A stretch of DNA of 64,000 bases, taken from NCBI GenBank assembly GCA_051530055.1, contig CM121341.1, positions 8,906,784 to 8,970,783 of the forward strand, read 5' to 3'. The notes beneath the pieces are model-generated. The model saw only the letters and a program-made list of their open reading frames with translations. It made no database searches and was not told where the DNA came from. This stretch comes from Neoechinorhynchus agilis (Eukaryota > Animalia > Acanthocephala). The position numbers and the translations under genes are program-made. Shown one piece after another: positions 25,151-39,164 of the stretch (position 1 is the first letter of the stretch; every line of letters begins with the position of its first letter).

Positions 25151-25242
25151 GCTGGCAAGTGTATGGATCGTTCTTCTTAATTAATAAAACGTGTTTATAT
25201 ATACACAATTTGGCGTATCTGCAGCAGTGTATTTGCTTAACT

Positions 25243-25385
25243 TACTTTTCCGAGTTCATTAGCAACTTTTCTAAGATCTAAGAAAATGATGTATCCACCG
25301 TTGCCTGAGTCGAAGTATCGAAAAGCTTCGGCAATTACGTCTGATTCGTTCGTTTCGTTCAAAATATATTCTTTAACTTTTTTTT
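25243..25385 (-). pseudogene. Centrin-like EF-hand exon, isolated between retroelements
   Basis: NESDVIAEAFRYFDSGNGGYIIFLDLRKVANELGK followed by donor GTAAGT; resembles centrin EF3 (EEILKAF.LFD.D.TGKISF.NLKRVAKELGE). Confidence 0.6.
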
Positions 25386-27870
25386 GAAATTTAAAATTTT
25401 TTACTTGCGAAACGCTCACAAACTGTTATATGCCTAGCCGTCCTCAATTGTCGCCCGAATGCTTGCAGTGTTGCCTCTCAACACGGCGATGCTGATATTT
25501 GACCGTGCATCGCCGGTTGTAACCTGAAGGCGTCGCTTCAGATCCTTCATAAGTTGAAGAGCTTCGTTACCAAGAGATCCGTAGGGCTCAACCCCAAAAG
25601 GCACAAACACCTCGCTGGACCTCCACCTTGAATCACCGAGAACTTAAGATTGCTGGCCTTGAAAGTATCGACACAGGTGACGTCCCAGAGGAGGCATTTA
25701 CCCTCCTGCGACGGAAATACGGTGACCCCATCAGGTCTATGCCCGTCGTCCCTACAGAAGTCTACAGGTTCCAAAATATTGGGGGCATGTACCGTAACAA
25801 GTGCCCGGCTCAGCACCATGTTAATTTCGGCATGTCTTGCGAATCTACCGGCTGATTTTCTACAGATGAGACCATGACGTCCCGACGAATCCACATTTGC
25901 ACTGCAGCGGCAACGGTGTGGATGACACATCGGTAGTCCCAGTCTCATTGAAACTCCGACCCGTACTGCCTCGTCGGCGAGTACCCACGGATGCCAGCGG
26001 GACCGCGTTCAACCAAGAACCTGATTCTCTAGTGGAGACTACCAACAAACTGGCATGGATAACGTCGTCGCTTGAGTCTGATAAGGGAGAGCTTTGAACT
26101 CTTGCGACGAGAGGCCCACACAGATTGTTTTTGGCCATTCACAGATACTTGGTCGGAGTTGGTCAGTGTACACCACTCACGATGATAAGTGGATTTCGCC
26201 TAAAAATGCGGGCATGGATATGTCTGCTGTTCTCCGGATGCCCAACCCGTCAGAAGATACAGGCAAGGATGCTTGTCGCCATGCCTCTTCTGACAGTTGG
26301 ACATTTCAAAACTTGCTCGAGACAGTCCTTCAATCTGTCATCTCGCTTGCCATGCTGAACCTTGTGATTGAAAAACGGCGCAGTGCGTAGAGCGTAAAGG
26401 AACTTCAGGATGAAGAGGGTATTCTTTATCAAAAACAGAGCCTCGTGTGATCCAAGCTCACAGACCCTATCGCAAAGCACCGATAATTTCTTTAGAAGGC
26501 TGTTAATTTTGTGTTCTACATTCCCATCAAAGACGCAACTGCCCAAAAGCTTAAGCCGGTCTAAGTCGATTATTTCTATCCCGGGTGCAAGATTTTCAAA
26601 GTCGCGCTTTATTCCGTCTTTTGCAGGGCTCTTCTCCAGGTCACGAACTACCTGGGGATCGCCTCCCAGCGTAGCATCGTCCAGGTACCAGGCATTGAAT
26701 TCCGTATCAAGCGAATGCGCTAATTCGTTTATTGTGAGCGCGAAACCCATGGGACCTAACGGGTCTCCCTATTGAACGCCTCTTTCGGAAGGAGTGATTT
26801 GACCGTTGAATACAAGAAGAGTTGCAGCTCCGTACGAATTTCTAAAATGCCCGTAAGCCTCCGGTGACGGAATTGAAGGCGTTCCGGAAATCTAATTTCA
26901 GGATCACACACGGTTTGACGTTCTCAATAACAAATGTACGGAGTTCGTGGACTATGGCTTCCGCCCAAGTGTGCAGCAACCCAGTTGAACTGGACGAAGA
27001 ATTTCAGCAACACCTTCTTAGATTCGAATAGAAATCGCTTTGTCTGCTAGTCGTCTGCGATGGGACGAATCTTACCGTCCTTCTTTTCTAAAGCGCAGAG
27101 GGAAGCGCCAAAAAACAATTCGATCGCTTTGGGGGACAAGTTGTCTCCAGAGAAAACGCCGACTAACCGAGTCAAGGCGTTCAGGAGAATATGGGATGGA
27201 TTACTTACGGAGAAGGACATCATGTCCTTTAGGTGTTGAGGCCGAAGCCTGTCGAGTCCACGTGCTGACCTATTTGCGAACAATGAAACGGCTGTCTTAA
27301 CAACATCAACCGAAAATTCTAACGGGGTGCCCGAAGAGATCATCTCCGAATATTCTAGATGACCAGTGAGTCGAGGATGTTTCTCCCTGAGAAGTTGAGG
27401 AGTTTTCGTATCATCTCTTGCGAATTCGTTGGTGGATGATAGAATGCGAACCGCGCCTCTCACATCACCATCAACGAGTTTAGAAGACAGTCTCCAGATC
27501 ATTGAACGGGTTGAAACTCGGCTCGGATTCGGTGGCCTTGAAAAATATCCCCTAAAAACGCGAGCTTTGCGTAGAACCTCTCCAAACGAATTGTAGAAGG
27601 AGGACACCCGGTTTTGGATGAGGGTAACAAGGGACTCGTCAGATGGTACTCCAGCACACCAGTCTCGGGAATGCGAAAAGGCCTGTCCAAGATATTTCGG
27701 TATTTGTCTCGAGACAGTCGCTCAGCAGAGCTTCTTCGCTACCTGAAATCGAGCGCCCTTCGGGATCCGCTTCAGGATGTTTCTGGGCAGCGCACGATCT
27801 CCAGCAACGAAGGGGTGCAATGGACGATGTTTTGGATGTTCGGGCGAGTTCTTTAACGATTTAAGTGGAC
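25385..27870 (-). mobile_element. CRE-clade non-LTR retrotransposon copy C, degenerate
   Basis: RNILKRIPKGAR, GLDRLRPQHLKD, KIRPIA, QQGDPLGP, AWYLDDATLGG, RHAEIN..RPDG, WDVTC and A8 tail at ~25385. Confidence 0.9.
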
Positions 27871-27959
27871 GTTAAGAGTGATCTTTGTGTTTACGAAGTT
27901 CTATTGAAGACCGTTTTATAGAAAATGTACAATATTTGGAAGCAAAAGACTACTGCTGA

Positions 27960-28200
27960 GAGTCAATCAAATTCTGAGACAACTTCGGACATTCCATCTC
28001 TCCTTGAGCCTGTCGTTTTAAGCAGAGATGACAGGAAAGGACCAAACAGTTCCGTAGGAAAGAACCCGTCTCCTTTTTGAGCTGCCCGAATGCGATTGTT
28101 AAGAACAACTTGATTTTTGCAGTTTCAGGAGCCGACGGAGTGGTGAAAAAAGATAAATACAAATGCCTCGATACGTCGCTAGGTCGCAACAACAAAACAA
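27960..28200 (+). mobile_element. Degenerate CRE RLE fragment, related to the 35-400 fragment
   Basis: IPSLLEPVVLSRDDRKGP and NNLIFAVSGADGVVKKDKYKCL. Confidence 0.6.
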
Positions 28201-29113
28201 TTTTTATCCGAGAATCAGCGATTCAGAAACGGGGTGCTGGACGCTTCCTCGAACCAATGAAGGATAAGAATGTTTCCCGCCCATTTGTAGATGATTTTAG
28301 AATTTTAAACCAAGGTAGAAAGGAATGCCAGATCCTCGGTGCAATGAAGGATGAAAATGTTTCTCCTTTCCTATGACTGATAAGCTTCCTTTTTCGAAAC
28401 ATCTCAATATTTGAAGTCGTATTTAGAAGTCATCCCTACTCGGTAAATAATTTTTTTTTATTAAAGACGCTCATCGGGTAAAGACTTATAAATAAACACA
28501 CTTCAAAGCTACAGAACCCTTCTAAATGACCGTCACCCGTTTCAATTGAACCAATAATTTGACCAATGAGCGCTAAGAAATCTAGAATGAAAGCGAACAA
28601 AAAACAGTGGGAAACCCCTTTTGGGATGATAGAGTTGGAGATGTGGTGATGATAGTTCTCCAGATAAAAATATTTTATTGGATCGAAATTTGTTTTACCT
28701 TTATAAGGATTATGATCACCACATCTTCAACTCTATCACCCCAAAAGATTTTCTCTCTTGATGATTAAAATCTAATGGGTCAGTGGGAAAATTTTTCTCT
28801 CTAAAGTTAATTAAGTCCTTAGGGTCTGAAGGTCTTTGAAATTCCTTGTACATTCGCTTTTCTGTGGTTTGCTCGGACAAATCGTATTTTTTGTAAATCT
28901 GGAATACTTCATGATCAGAAACGCTATATTGAAGCGATTCCAAAAAGTCACTATTATCGACAAATATAGATCATTAAAATGAGATTTGTAGTTGATGATC
29001 AAAATTCTATCTAAAAATTCTCCCTTAAAATTAAGAACCCGAATCTCCAATGCTTTACATTCAATGCCAGCAGCTTCGTAACTTTAAATAATCGGATTCA
29101 TTCTAAACAATTT

Positions 29114-32100
29114 TTACAGTAAAAATGTAAAAACAAATGCACAAATGGATCCCGGCGCCAGTGTAGTTTTATCCGCTTTGGTAAAGACTTTATCATGACC
29201 TCCATGGCCTGTGAGTCCTGATTGCCTCACTTCTTTGAGAAAGGATGCTTGTTTCGATGGAACGAGACTGCGAGGAGAGAAATCTCTGATCTAAACGAAA
29301 TGGTATTTAGTATTTCTATAAGAAAAGGGTAGTTTTACCTCTCGGTGGGCGTGTACTATCATCAAATACTCTTGGCGGCTTAGTTGTATCACGTTTGCAA
29401 GAAAAAGTCCTTCAATTTCTTTTTCAATTAAGCTTTCAAGTTTCAACGATCGATTGACCAATTGAAGTGGAAATTGAAGACCGGTACTCAGTTTACTTGC
29501 TCTCTCATCGACGTTTACTACCTAGAAAAAGAATGGAAGTGGTTTTATGAAAAGGCTCAGTAGTCAAAACCCAGATCGTTGTATTTTTGTTTCATATTCG
29601 AAGAATAGAAATCAAGATATTCAAGTACCCGCTCTGTAAAAAAATTAAAACAAAGACCGATCTAAAAAATTACAAAATGCTCGTCGTTCTATAGACGACA
29701 ATCAATAAGCAGCCGGTGAGGTCAAAGCGCCAATCAGTTCTCAATAATCACCGTTTTTGGATGTGAGCTCGAGGCTGAACAACGAGAAGTATAAATAATG
29801 AATTTATGCTGACTCGGTCGATTGTCAGACAGCTGTTCACCGATACCTCTGGAATCATCAACTGGTGATCTTCTATCGAGCAGTAGATCCATGCTACCTT
29901 TTAAGCAAGGCTATCTTAAAATTCTGGAATTTATTGTTTCTAACCTTTTTCAAAGAATCCGACGCCACGAGGCTGTCCGCTGATTACAGTTAACGAACTT
30001 TCTCCATTACAAACGAAAGCGGACGTGACAAGTGGGAAAATATTCGATTGTTTCGGTAGATTTTGTTTAATATTCCGTCGTATCATCTAATTGGAGGATT
30101 TCTATAATGTCATCCAATCATAGGGCGCCCTACTTGAAGTCCGTTTGAATCCGAATAAACGAGTGGCATAGGTAATGGATTTTCAGTGCATAAACGATAA
30201 GCAACATCTATTGCGGCGATTGAACTGAATTTCAAATCGGTGTATATGTCCAGATAAACTTCCTTTTCCGCTTCTTCAGTGGAATTTATTCAACTTGTTG
30301 GCGTTAGAAAATAACTTACTGTTGTTCATGGTCATTGCACGCATCCAAACGAGGGAATCGGTGGTCTCGTAAAGTGATATAACTGCTTCATAAACAGGTC
30401 CTCGGATCAAATAGACTGATTTTGGATCTCTTAGCGTCTAAATAAGAAATGATTGTAGTACATTCAATTTTAGCACTCAAAACTTTAAGGATATCAAATA
30501 CTTAAATGGTCTTTGATAAACCTTTTCTTTTAAAAGACCATTCACTGAAAATGCTCTTATTTTTGCTTAGCTTTGGGTTTGTGATCGACGAAGGTAAATC
30601 TGTAGATTATACAAAGTAGAGGCCGCTGTGGTTTCATTGCTTTTGATGAATTATAAATTTTATATTCCTTTATATACTAACCTGTTTAGTTTCAAATTTT
30701 TGGGCCAAATAACATCCTGGATTGCTTTCGGCATTATCAGTGTGGATCATTTCTTTATATACAACAAGACTGCCATTTACGTATTGATTGCCAATCTTCC
30801 TTATATTGCCCCTGCGGTCAAATTCAACATACCCACCAATGACAATGTCTCCTTCGTCTTTTGGACCTCCTGGTAATATTTTTCTTATGCTTTCCTTGGG
30901 ACAATCGTCACGATTTGAAATCTCAACTCGATACGTCTTGAATGACATTGGATCCAATCGTGCTATAAAAGCCAATTCCGAAGAACTGTCCATTGGAAAT
31001 TCAATAAAAAACAACTGCGATTGGATAGTTTCGTTGGTTCGTTCGTCAATCACTTTAGCACAATTATTATACTCAGACGATCTTATTTTGATTTGTACGA
31101 GTTGTTCAACGGCTTCGAGATGACTATTGAAAAAAGAAATCCGTGAGCTGGAATTGATTTCTAACGACGACGTATTTAAAAAATCATTTAGTACTTCATT
31201 AAGCGCTTGAATATCGTCTTTGCACAGATTGATCTACAAGACGATATCCAGGGTTTTTGTAACTAGATCGTTCATTCTATTCAACATCTTCTCATTGTCC
31301 TCAATGACATACTGTTTGGAAGTACCAGTAACGGTGTCGTGGTGGGAATAAAGACCACCCATTGCTCGAATGCTTTCAATTGTTTCCTTTGAATCAGACA
31401 GTCCGAGATAAAAAGCAAAAATCTCAGTCATGCGAGTTTTTGCAATCATCTGGATACCTAAAGATTTCAAATACGGCCTAGTCGAATAATATCCCGTCCA
31501 ATAATCATTTGCTCGATCGGAATAAGGTAGAAAATCACCCGAAAAAGTCTTATGGGAATAATGTTCAATTTCATTAAAATACTCGGATAATGTGGAGAAC
31601 TTTGCCTCTACATTCCATTTGGGAACTGTGTTCATGTAATCCATAACCTTTTTATAAGCTTCTATGGCCTCTTTCGCGGCACCGTAATTGGAATACCGGA
31701 AATCGTCACCGAGTTCAACGAGAATAATCGATCCGCCGTACAATTCAGCTTTTTTTCTAAACTGGCCATAGAGACTGGACGCTAAAGAAAATAGATTGAT
31801 ACGGTTTGGAAGGACCATTTTACTGGATTTCCACGGGCAAGTCATTCCAAGCAAAAGTCGTTCGAAATCAAACTGGCAACAAATCTCCGGTTCTGGACCA
31901 CATGTGTGGGGGATATCATACGAATAGAATGGAGCAAGATGAGTGAGTACTGATTCACTGCCATCTATCGTCCACTTAAACTCCAACATCCCTTTTCGCA
32001 TCGCTAAATGTCGTTTAATCGCATAATGAACACGTTGAATGGCTAACCGGTTTATGCCTGACTCACTAAGTATCTTTACACTTCCACTTGAATATCCAAA

Positions 32101-32760
32101 CAAATCAAGCGACCATGCTGATCTATTAGCTTCTTTAAAGAGGTTTCGTTCAGTTAGCCATTGATGGCCAAGTGCAAGTTGATCAACGAGCGTAACAAAG
32201 TGATTAAGAGCTTCATCAGGAACAACCCATCCACCAGCGCCCGTATCAAAATGACCATTCTGGATCATTTCTTTTAATTGGTTTCGATTTGAATCACTCG
32301 TTTCATTCCACCATCTAGCCAAAAATGCCACTGCGTCCCATTGGAACCGAAATTTATCATTTTCACTCAATAACCTGATAACGTTATCCAGAATCTGTCG
32401 GACGTATCCATTATAGTACTCGTCAAAAGTCCGAATCCACGTCGTGTCCAAATGTGAGTGCGGAACAATATGAACCTTCAGTTTCGTCTTTCGACTACTT
32501 GGTATAATCGGAAATCCTTGCTTCCAACTACCACCATCACAGTCCGTAAAGTCCACCTGATCCCTTAAGTGAAACGAATCGAAGTTATACGGGTGATTCA
32601 AATAGTTATTTCCGTGGCACGCTCGTGTTTGTATATCCATTACTTTTGCCAAAGCTGCCGGGTTCGTTTTTGTGCTTCCACGAATACGGATTAGACATAT
32701 GAAGGTCAATGAGGCTGCAACAGATAAAAGAACCTTTTGTTTCAACCTTCTACAAAGCAT
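29114..32760 (-). CDS. MAN2A: Golgi alpha-mannosidase II (GH38), multi-exon
   Basis: Type II anchor, VHIVPHSHLDTTWIRTFDEYY, GGWVVPDEA, LGDDFR, YWTGYYSTRPY, HHDTVTGT; last exon ends TTLAPGSICAFVFTFLL*. Confidence 0.93.
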
Positions 32761-33649
32761 CTTGGGAAAAATGGTGTATGTGAGTGTGGTGTGTGTGAGT
32801 TGTTTGAGTATGCAACCTCGTCGATCGTAGACTAGACAAAGTTTTCTAAAAACAAAAACACTGGTTTCAAACGTAAATCAAAGGTAGGCGAAGAGAACTT
32901 TAGCACCGTTTTAACGCTCAAAGCAGAAGGAAATAACGTTTCCCGACAATATCGGCAGTAAATTAATCCCCGAGTTAAAGGGGAGTGTCATAACTATTTC
33001 CCCCCCCGTTGGCGACAATAATTAAAGACATAATGAGATTTGTTGAGGCATATTTAAGAATTCAAAGAAAGTTCATTTTCCCTAACAGTACTCAACTCAT
33101 CTAACACACACACGAACAGTGAACTCTCCATGCTCTCGATTGAACTACCTTTAAAAATATTGTGAATTTTTTGAGACGTGAAAAGGTATAAAAATTAAGC
33201 AACTCCATTGGTGAGTTTAGATCCTCAACCAAACTAGAATCCGCTCACGGATCTCTGATCGTCTCATATTTGCATCATTCTTAAACAAAAACGATCGACA
33301 GTCACGACTAGAAATAATAATGAACTCGGGCGGTAATAGAAGCAAATTTTATTGTTTTGGTATTCGCCCTTCGAAACTCGTCGGGTTCATCAACAGTTTG
33401 CTTCGCAGGGAAAATTAGTTGCTGAGAGCAATGGTAGTTCAAATTCTATTGCTTTTTCTCTTTTAAAATGGTTGACGATTTTTCTTCAATTTTAGAAGAA
33501 CCCTATAAATACTGGGATTTTAATTTTGAATTAGTTGGTAAATAGGATTTCCGGCATTTTCGTGTTCAAACCACAAAGCATTAGTATATTTTAGTGGAGT
33601 TTAAAGTCGAGACCGACTAAATTCTGATTACAAACCGCATCCGTTTTTG

Positions 33650-34790
33650 TATGACACGCCTTCCTGAACGATGTCTACTCACTTAGAAAATTGAGGTCGA
33701 TTCTAATCAGAGTCCCTAAAATGGCATTATTGTGTTTGCATAAAGACTACCGCCGAAACAATCAACTTATTTTTTGCATTGGATGAGAGACCATCTTCAC
33801 TTGGATCGGCTGTGGCTATTGCAACAGCTAGATTTCGTAATGCGAGCTCAAAAACGTCTTACCTTCAATGATCCTCCGAGCGACTCTTGTTCACTTTGAC
33901 GTCGCGGCTACTTGAAGGTCACGCCTTAGTCTTTCACCGAAATCCTTGAAGAGAGTCGATCCACCTGACAGCACAATGTTCTACTCTATCGCTTTATAAT
34001 AAACGAACATCACAGTGATCCGTCTCACTTTGTAGAGTCCTCACTTGACATCCGTGGGGCAACTTTGGATGTCAACTCGTCAACAATCGTAGCCAGAGAT
34101 TTGAGATATTCTCGAATTCTGGATTCGTAGCCAATGTCGATCGATTGTAAACGACTGTTCGGTAACACATTATTCACAGAATCGTATTTTCTCATGTACG
34201 GCTCACGATCGTAACAACCAAATTCAGTCATACCGTCAAGAAAAACATAAGATTCCTAGAAGCTAAAAAATTCGGTTTATTTCAAAAATGAGTTACCTTA
34301 ACAGCTCTGGCTGTCTCGAAGGATTGTTCCGACGGAACTAACGTTTTCCTCTCCTTAATAAGGCCCCTAAAACTTAGTCTTAAAAACAGTCAATTGAAAT
34401 CAGAAGAAGACTAACCAATCACATATTCTTCAACTACTTGGACAACATGAGCAACTTCGTTACCACAATCAACCAAGGTACCAGTGTATCCAGCAGGAGT
34501 TCCCTAAATGACGGCATAATCATCATCCATGGATGGTCTCGCCGTTTTTACGGGTTAACCATGAAGCCAAGAGAGTGATAATGGCTTGATCGCCAATAAA
34601 AAGGCCCAAAACAGGTTTCTAACATTATCTCTAGATTTTCTCTACTATCCGGTCCACTTAAAGGAAACTCAGTCATTAAGAACTGATAATCGTCAGGATA
34701 ACATCATCATTCCATAATGTCCCAGTCTTCGACTATGCTGTGCCCAAAGGCATATTTCATACACTAATGCTCAAATGTTTTTCACACGAA
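33650..34790 (-). pseudogene. Arp3 (ACTR3)-like pseudogene with multiple stops and frameshifts
   Basis: Fragments HSIVEDWDIME, FLMTEFPL, QAIITLLASW, TGTLVDCG, VPSEQSFETARAVK, SIDIGYE, NIVLSGGSTLFKDFGERLRRDL and VKMVSHPMQK in shifting frames. Confidence 0.85.
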
Positions 34791-35103
34791 AAGCAGTGTC
34801 AAAATTTGACATTTTGTCAGTTATAAAAGAAAAGTAGAAGCAGTAAAGGAACTGTCTTATCTCTCATTGCCATCAATGAAGCGATTTCACGTCTAAGTGC
34901 AAACAAAAACGCTTCTCTTCAGTCTGATAAGTTCACAAGTCAGATTCCTTATCTGCAAGAAGTGACCGGAACTGCCTGTGGGCTTCAGCCCCCGGAAACG
35001 TATATAGTTGACTGTTTTAATATATCACCTCCTTTATCTGTACTCTTTTTACCAGAACTTCTTGATGCAAAATGAAAATGTGTGAGACTAATTTTATTAA
35101 TTA

Positions 35104-35800
35104 TCAATATTTCGTCCGTCTCGTCGGACTTTTTCAGGTCTAAAAGGTAGGTCAGGGTGGCTTTATTCTAAGTTTTAGCGTATAATCGGTCTTATTTGAC
35201 TGGAATGTGTCTCGATAATCAATGTACTTTGCTTCAATGATCACAGTTCCATATCGATCCTAACTTCGCCTCAATACATTGACGTTGTCAAAATCAATCT
35301 CATGATTTGATGCTCACTAATCCTGCATTATAGATTGATGGTCTGTCCAATATAAGGACTCGTGGGCAGTCTTTACATGGCTTCTTGTAGACGCAATCTT
35401 CCAAGATGGAATTAACTAAAGGATTAGCATTATTGGACAATTTGATGCTCTTATTCGACCTCGCCATTAATCATTAATGAACGGAATTTCCAAAAACCCG
35501 TTCTTTGGGTTAATATCCTGAAGGACCCGAATACAGCGAACTATTTTGCTACTCGGATAATCTCTCCTTATCAGCATGTCCCTCAGTAGATGTAGTTGAT
35601 GGCATAGAAGATTCCGATCAGAGTAATATCGAATGTTCTGTTTACTAAGGTTTTGATCTTCGCTATTTTGTAGGATACTGGTTCACACCATAAGGAACGT
35701 TCCCTTTTCAATACACCTGAGTCTTATAACCTGAGTTTTGTCGTCTTATGAGAACATCCAGAAACGCTAAAGAAGATCCTTTTTCCATTTCTACGTCCAA
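35104..35800 (-). mobile_element. Degenerate Penelope-like element (RT thumb to GIY-YIG) ending in a mutated hammerhead
   Basis: EMEKGSSLAFLDVLIRRQNSGYKTQVY, VYKKPCKDC..YIGQT..ISEH, then CTGAAAA-A-GTCCG-loop-CGGAC-GAAA at 35138-35104. Confidence 0.75.
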
Positions 35801-36164
35801 AATCAATTTCTATTCTTCTCATCACCAAAGAACACAAAATGAAAAGTGTATACGGATAAATTGATTACTAACCCAGTTTCTCTTGATTCGGACATGCAGT
35901 TAAAAGACATTCTTTTATGAACGAACCCAATGTGCATCTCACTTAATGAAATCCTCGTTAGACTGGATGACTTTGGTGACGAAACTTCTTTGTTTTGCAT
36001 AATGCTGAATTAAGTTGAATAACTTTATATTTCGCGTCGTAATGGCGACGCACGCGTTGAACTTCGTAAAAACTATCGTTTTTTCTTGTTATTTTTTTAT
36101 TATCTTTAAATCGCATACACTCATGGCATCACTGCATATCTTTTGGAAGCTTCTCGGCTAACTC

Positions 36165-36366
36165 ATATCCTTTGGAAGCTTCTCGGCTAACTCACACACT
36201 TCGTAAGCACTCAGCCGCACTCGAAGGGACAAAGCCAACCCACTTTTTGGGGTCGATGATCGATCTCAAACCTGACCCCTACCCTTACCGCAGCCTTGCA
36301 ACCCCCGTGGAACCCAGCGACCGGTGGATTTGAATCAGCGACCAATTGAGCGCACTTTGAACGCGC
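36165..36366 (-). ncRNA. Unidentified structured dispersed repeat, copy 2
   Basis: Homologous to 14881-15086; a 30-bp tandem duplication lies at its 3' end. Confidence 0.55.
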
Positions 36367-36715
36367 ACCAGTGCGGATTTCAGTCACAAAATATTAAGTG
36401 AGGGGGCCCAGTGGCCGACACAAAAGTTAGGATGGTCAATGTGGTCTAAATCTCAATTTGGGTTGATAATCTGGCTTATTGTTCGCAAACGTACCGTGCA
36501 GCGGTATTTCTGTAATGCTTTGACAATTATACGCTCTTCTAAAGGAATATTACAGTTTAGGCGTTCATAGTGCAATTGAAGTTAACTGCAAACCATTTCA
36601 TGGATTGTCTGTTTAGAATTAAAAAGTCATTATAATTAAGCATCTAATGAAAAAAGTGCAGCTTTAAGGAATTCAATTTTTTATTAAGGCTACAAATTAG
36701 TACTAAAATATCGGC

Positions 36716-37320
36716 TCAATTGAGACAAAAGTCTCCATTTAGGACATCATTCAAGTCTTCGTCGATATGGAGATCATTGTGGATTTGGTGTTCAGGTTCA
36801 AGACTTGAGTAGAGTTCAGCTTCAAAATCACTAAGAGATTGCTTTTGATGAGATTCAGCATTTGTTTTATAGTTATCCAAAACGGATGACTGCGATACTG
36901 TGCGACAAAATATTAAAAGATCCACTTCACGCATTTTTGAATTACCTATCCTTCGCTTCAACGACTTACTTTTCTGTTTAGGTTTATTGGAGCTCTTTGG
37001 GATTTGGTCGATTTGCACGGGTGTTATGAAATCGAGCAGATTCACCGATCCATTAGGCAGCAATCCGATATGTTCACTCATGGTTTCCATATCACCTACG
37101 ATGCTGTCAGAAGTTCATAGGAAAAACCTGAACGATTCATACGACTAGGATTGTAGTTTTGTCTTCGCCGAAACGTCTGTTTGTCGTTCGCTTCAATGTT
37201 CAACCAATCAAGATCAAAGTTAGTATCGTCCAACTGATTACGGTTGTTGTAGTACATATCGATATGGGGATCCGTCACTGGATAACGTGAGTAAAGGCTT
37301 TACTCATATTAGCCCTTAAA
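36716..37320 (-). CDS. Hypothetical protein exons
   Basis: Adjacent ORFs of 124 and 60 aa with protein-like composition; no family recognised. Confidence 0.35.
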
Positions 37321-37929
37321 CGTACCTGAAATCGAATTGGTTTTGTATTGTCCGTCTATATCGGGCAGGTAATCTCTATGAAGTTGATTTTTTCCAGCGA
37401 AGAAGAGCTTTAATAATTATTCTCAATTTTTGAAAGTATTCTTTATTTTTAATCGGCATTATCAAACTAAAACATCAAAATTTAATCATTAAGACATAGA
37501 GAAAATCCTTCGAGATGATAGAGTTTGGAATGTGGTGATCATAATCCCAAGGCCCAGATAATACTCATATTTTATTAAGTAATATTTCGAAAGAGAAAAC
37601 CCTGCTTCATCAGTCATCGAGCAGCTCAATATAAGAATTTGAAAAAAATCCATTTTTTCTCCTCCTCTTTCGGAATATCACTCAATAAAATATTTTAGGA
37701 AACCGTTCTCGTCAACATGATCCAAATTTTGTTTCCGCCACATAAATTGCTGAAGTAACGACAATCCTATAATCATTGTGTCAATCAAAATAAAAAAAAT
37801 TGCACTGCAAACCGCTTTGTTTGCGCCGAAAAACAGGGATTTTAGGTTTAACTAAAGTTTTGCAAACTAGACTTAATAAAATCTGAGGATGTAATTTTGC
37901 TGAAAAAAAAGACTAAAAGCGAACAAACT

Positions 37930-39164
37930 TTAAAAACCGACTGAACTACTCGGGTATCTATTTTGTGCGCTAACGCTACAAGCATTTTCTGCTACGACTA
38001 TCGACTGCTGCTGCTGCTGTTGTTGTTGTTGCTGCTGCTGCTGATGGTATTTGTTAGCCGGATTGATTGATTGCGATGCCATAGAAGGCGGCAATGATCT
38101 CGACATGGACGTTTGGTTTGTATAACCTCGTTCGTCTTCAAATCTGTTAGAATATGAATCAGTGATTTTTTTTCTCGGTCCTTGGGCATAGCAGTATTTT
38201 TTCCTGTGGCGATTCAGGTTGCCTATGGTATGGAAGCACATTTCACAATCTCGACATTTAAACGGTCTTTCTCGCTCGTGAAACCGCATATGGGTCTTAA
38301 AATTGAACGCATTAGTGAACCTTTTGTTGCATACGTTACAGCACTGATCAAATCTCGAGGACTGTCTACTCGTTTCCAATGAAGATTCCTTCTGCGTTGG
38401 TCATGTGAGGTGGAATTTAGACGAGAACATGTACCATGGACGGTTGAATCGATCCGGAAGCTGGCCGAAAGCGACAAGACTGACAATGACGAATCGCCTG
38501 ATCAATGTCATCAAATTCAGATGAGCAATCATTGTGAGGACACTTTGAAGGAAAAAAGATGAACAAAAGAGATCTTAGAAGATGTATAAACCGTCAATCT
38601 TCCGGTAACGTGTTTTTTCAAATGTTCCACCATCAAGCTTCGCCATGGATCTCCATCGTGAAATGTTAGAGAACTAATGAGAGTATTTCGATTCGAGGAG
38701 GTGTAGGAAACTTAAATCGTCAAAATTGAACTGTTTAAATCTTAAAAGATGATAAAGATCCATGACTCAATGCAAATGTTATTGGTATCTGTTATGATTT
38801 CTCCTTCGTGTTCATCAAGACTATGAGACACAATCGCAGAACATCCGGGCAGACGACAGTGCAGAATTTGCGTTACCCTAACAAAATGCATTTGTTTCTT
38901 CGGGCCGAATGAAACCTAAAAGTCTTAATTAAAATTGATGCTTCTTAAAAAAAGATATCAAACGGTCATGACGTGGTCGTCCGTCTTTGAATGCTCAAGG
39001 ACCTTATTTGCATTATAGTGATTGTAAATGCACGTTGAACATTTGAACGTTTGAGTGAAGAACATCGATGGAGGCTGCAATAATCCAGACGATGCTTCCA
39101 ATTCGCTATAGTATCTTACCTGATAATGTGAAGATTGGTACGGGGAACCTGATACCTGCATCAA
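37930..39164 (-). CDS. C2H2 zinc-finger transcription factor with poly-Q tract (spliced; 5' end uncertain)
   Basis: CNVCNKRFTNAFNFKTHMRFH-ERERPFKC-RDCEMCFHTIGNLNRHRKK, upstream fingers FKCSTC..H and CPHNDC..H, and a CAG/CAA repeat at ~37999-38045. Confidence 0.85.
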
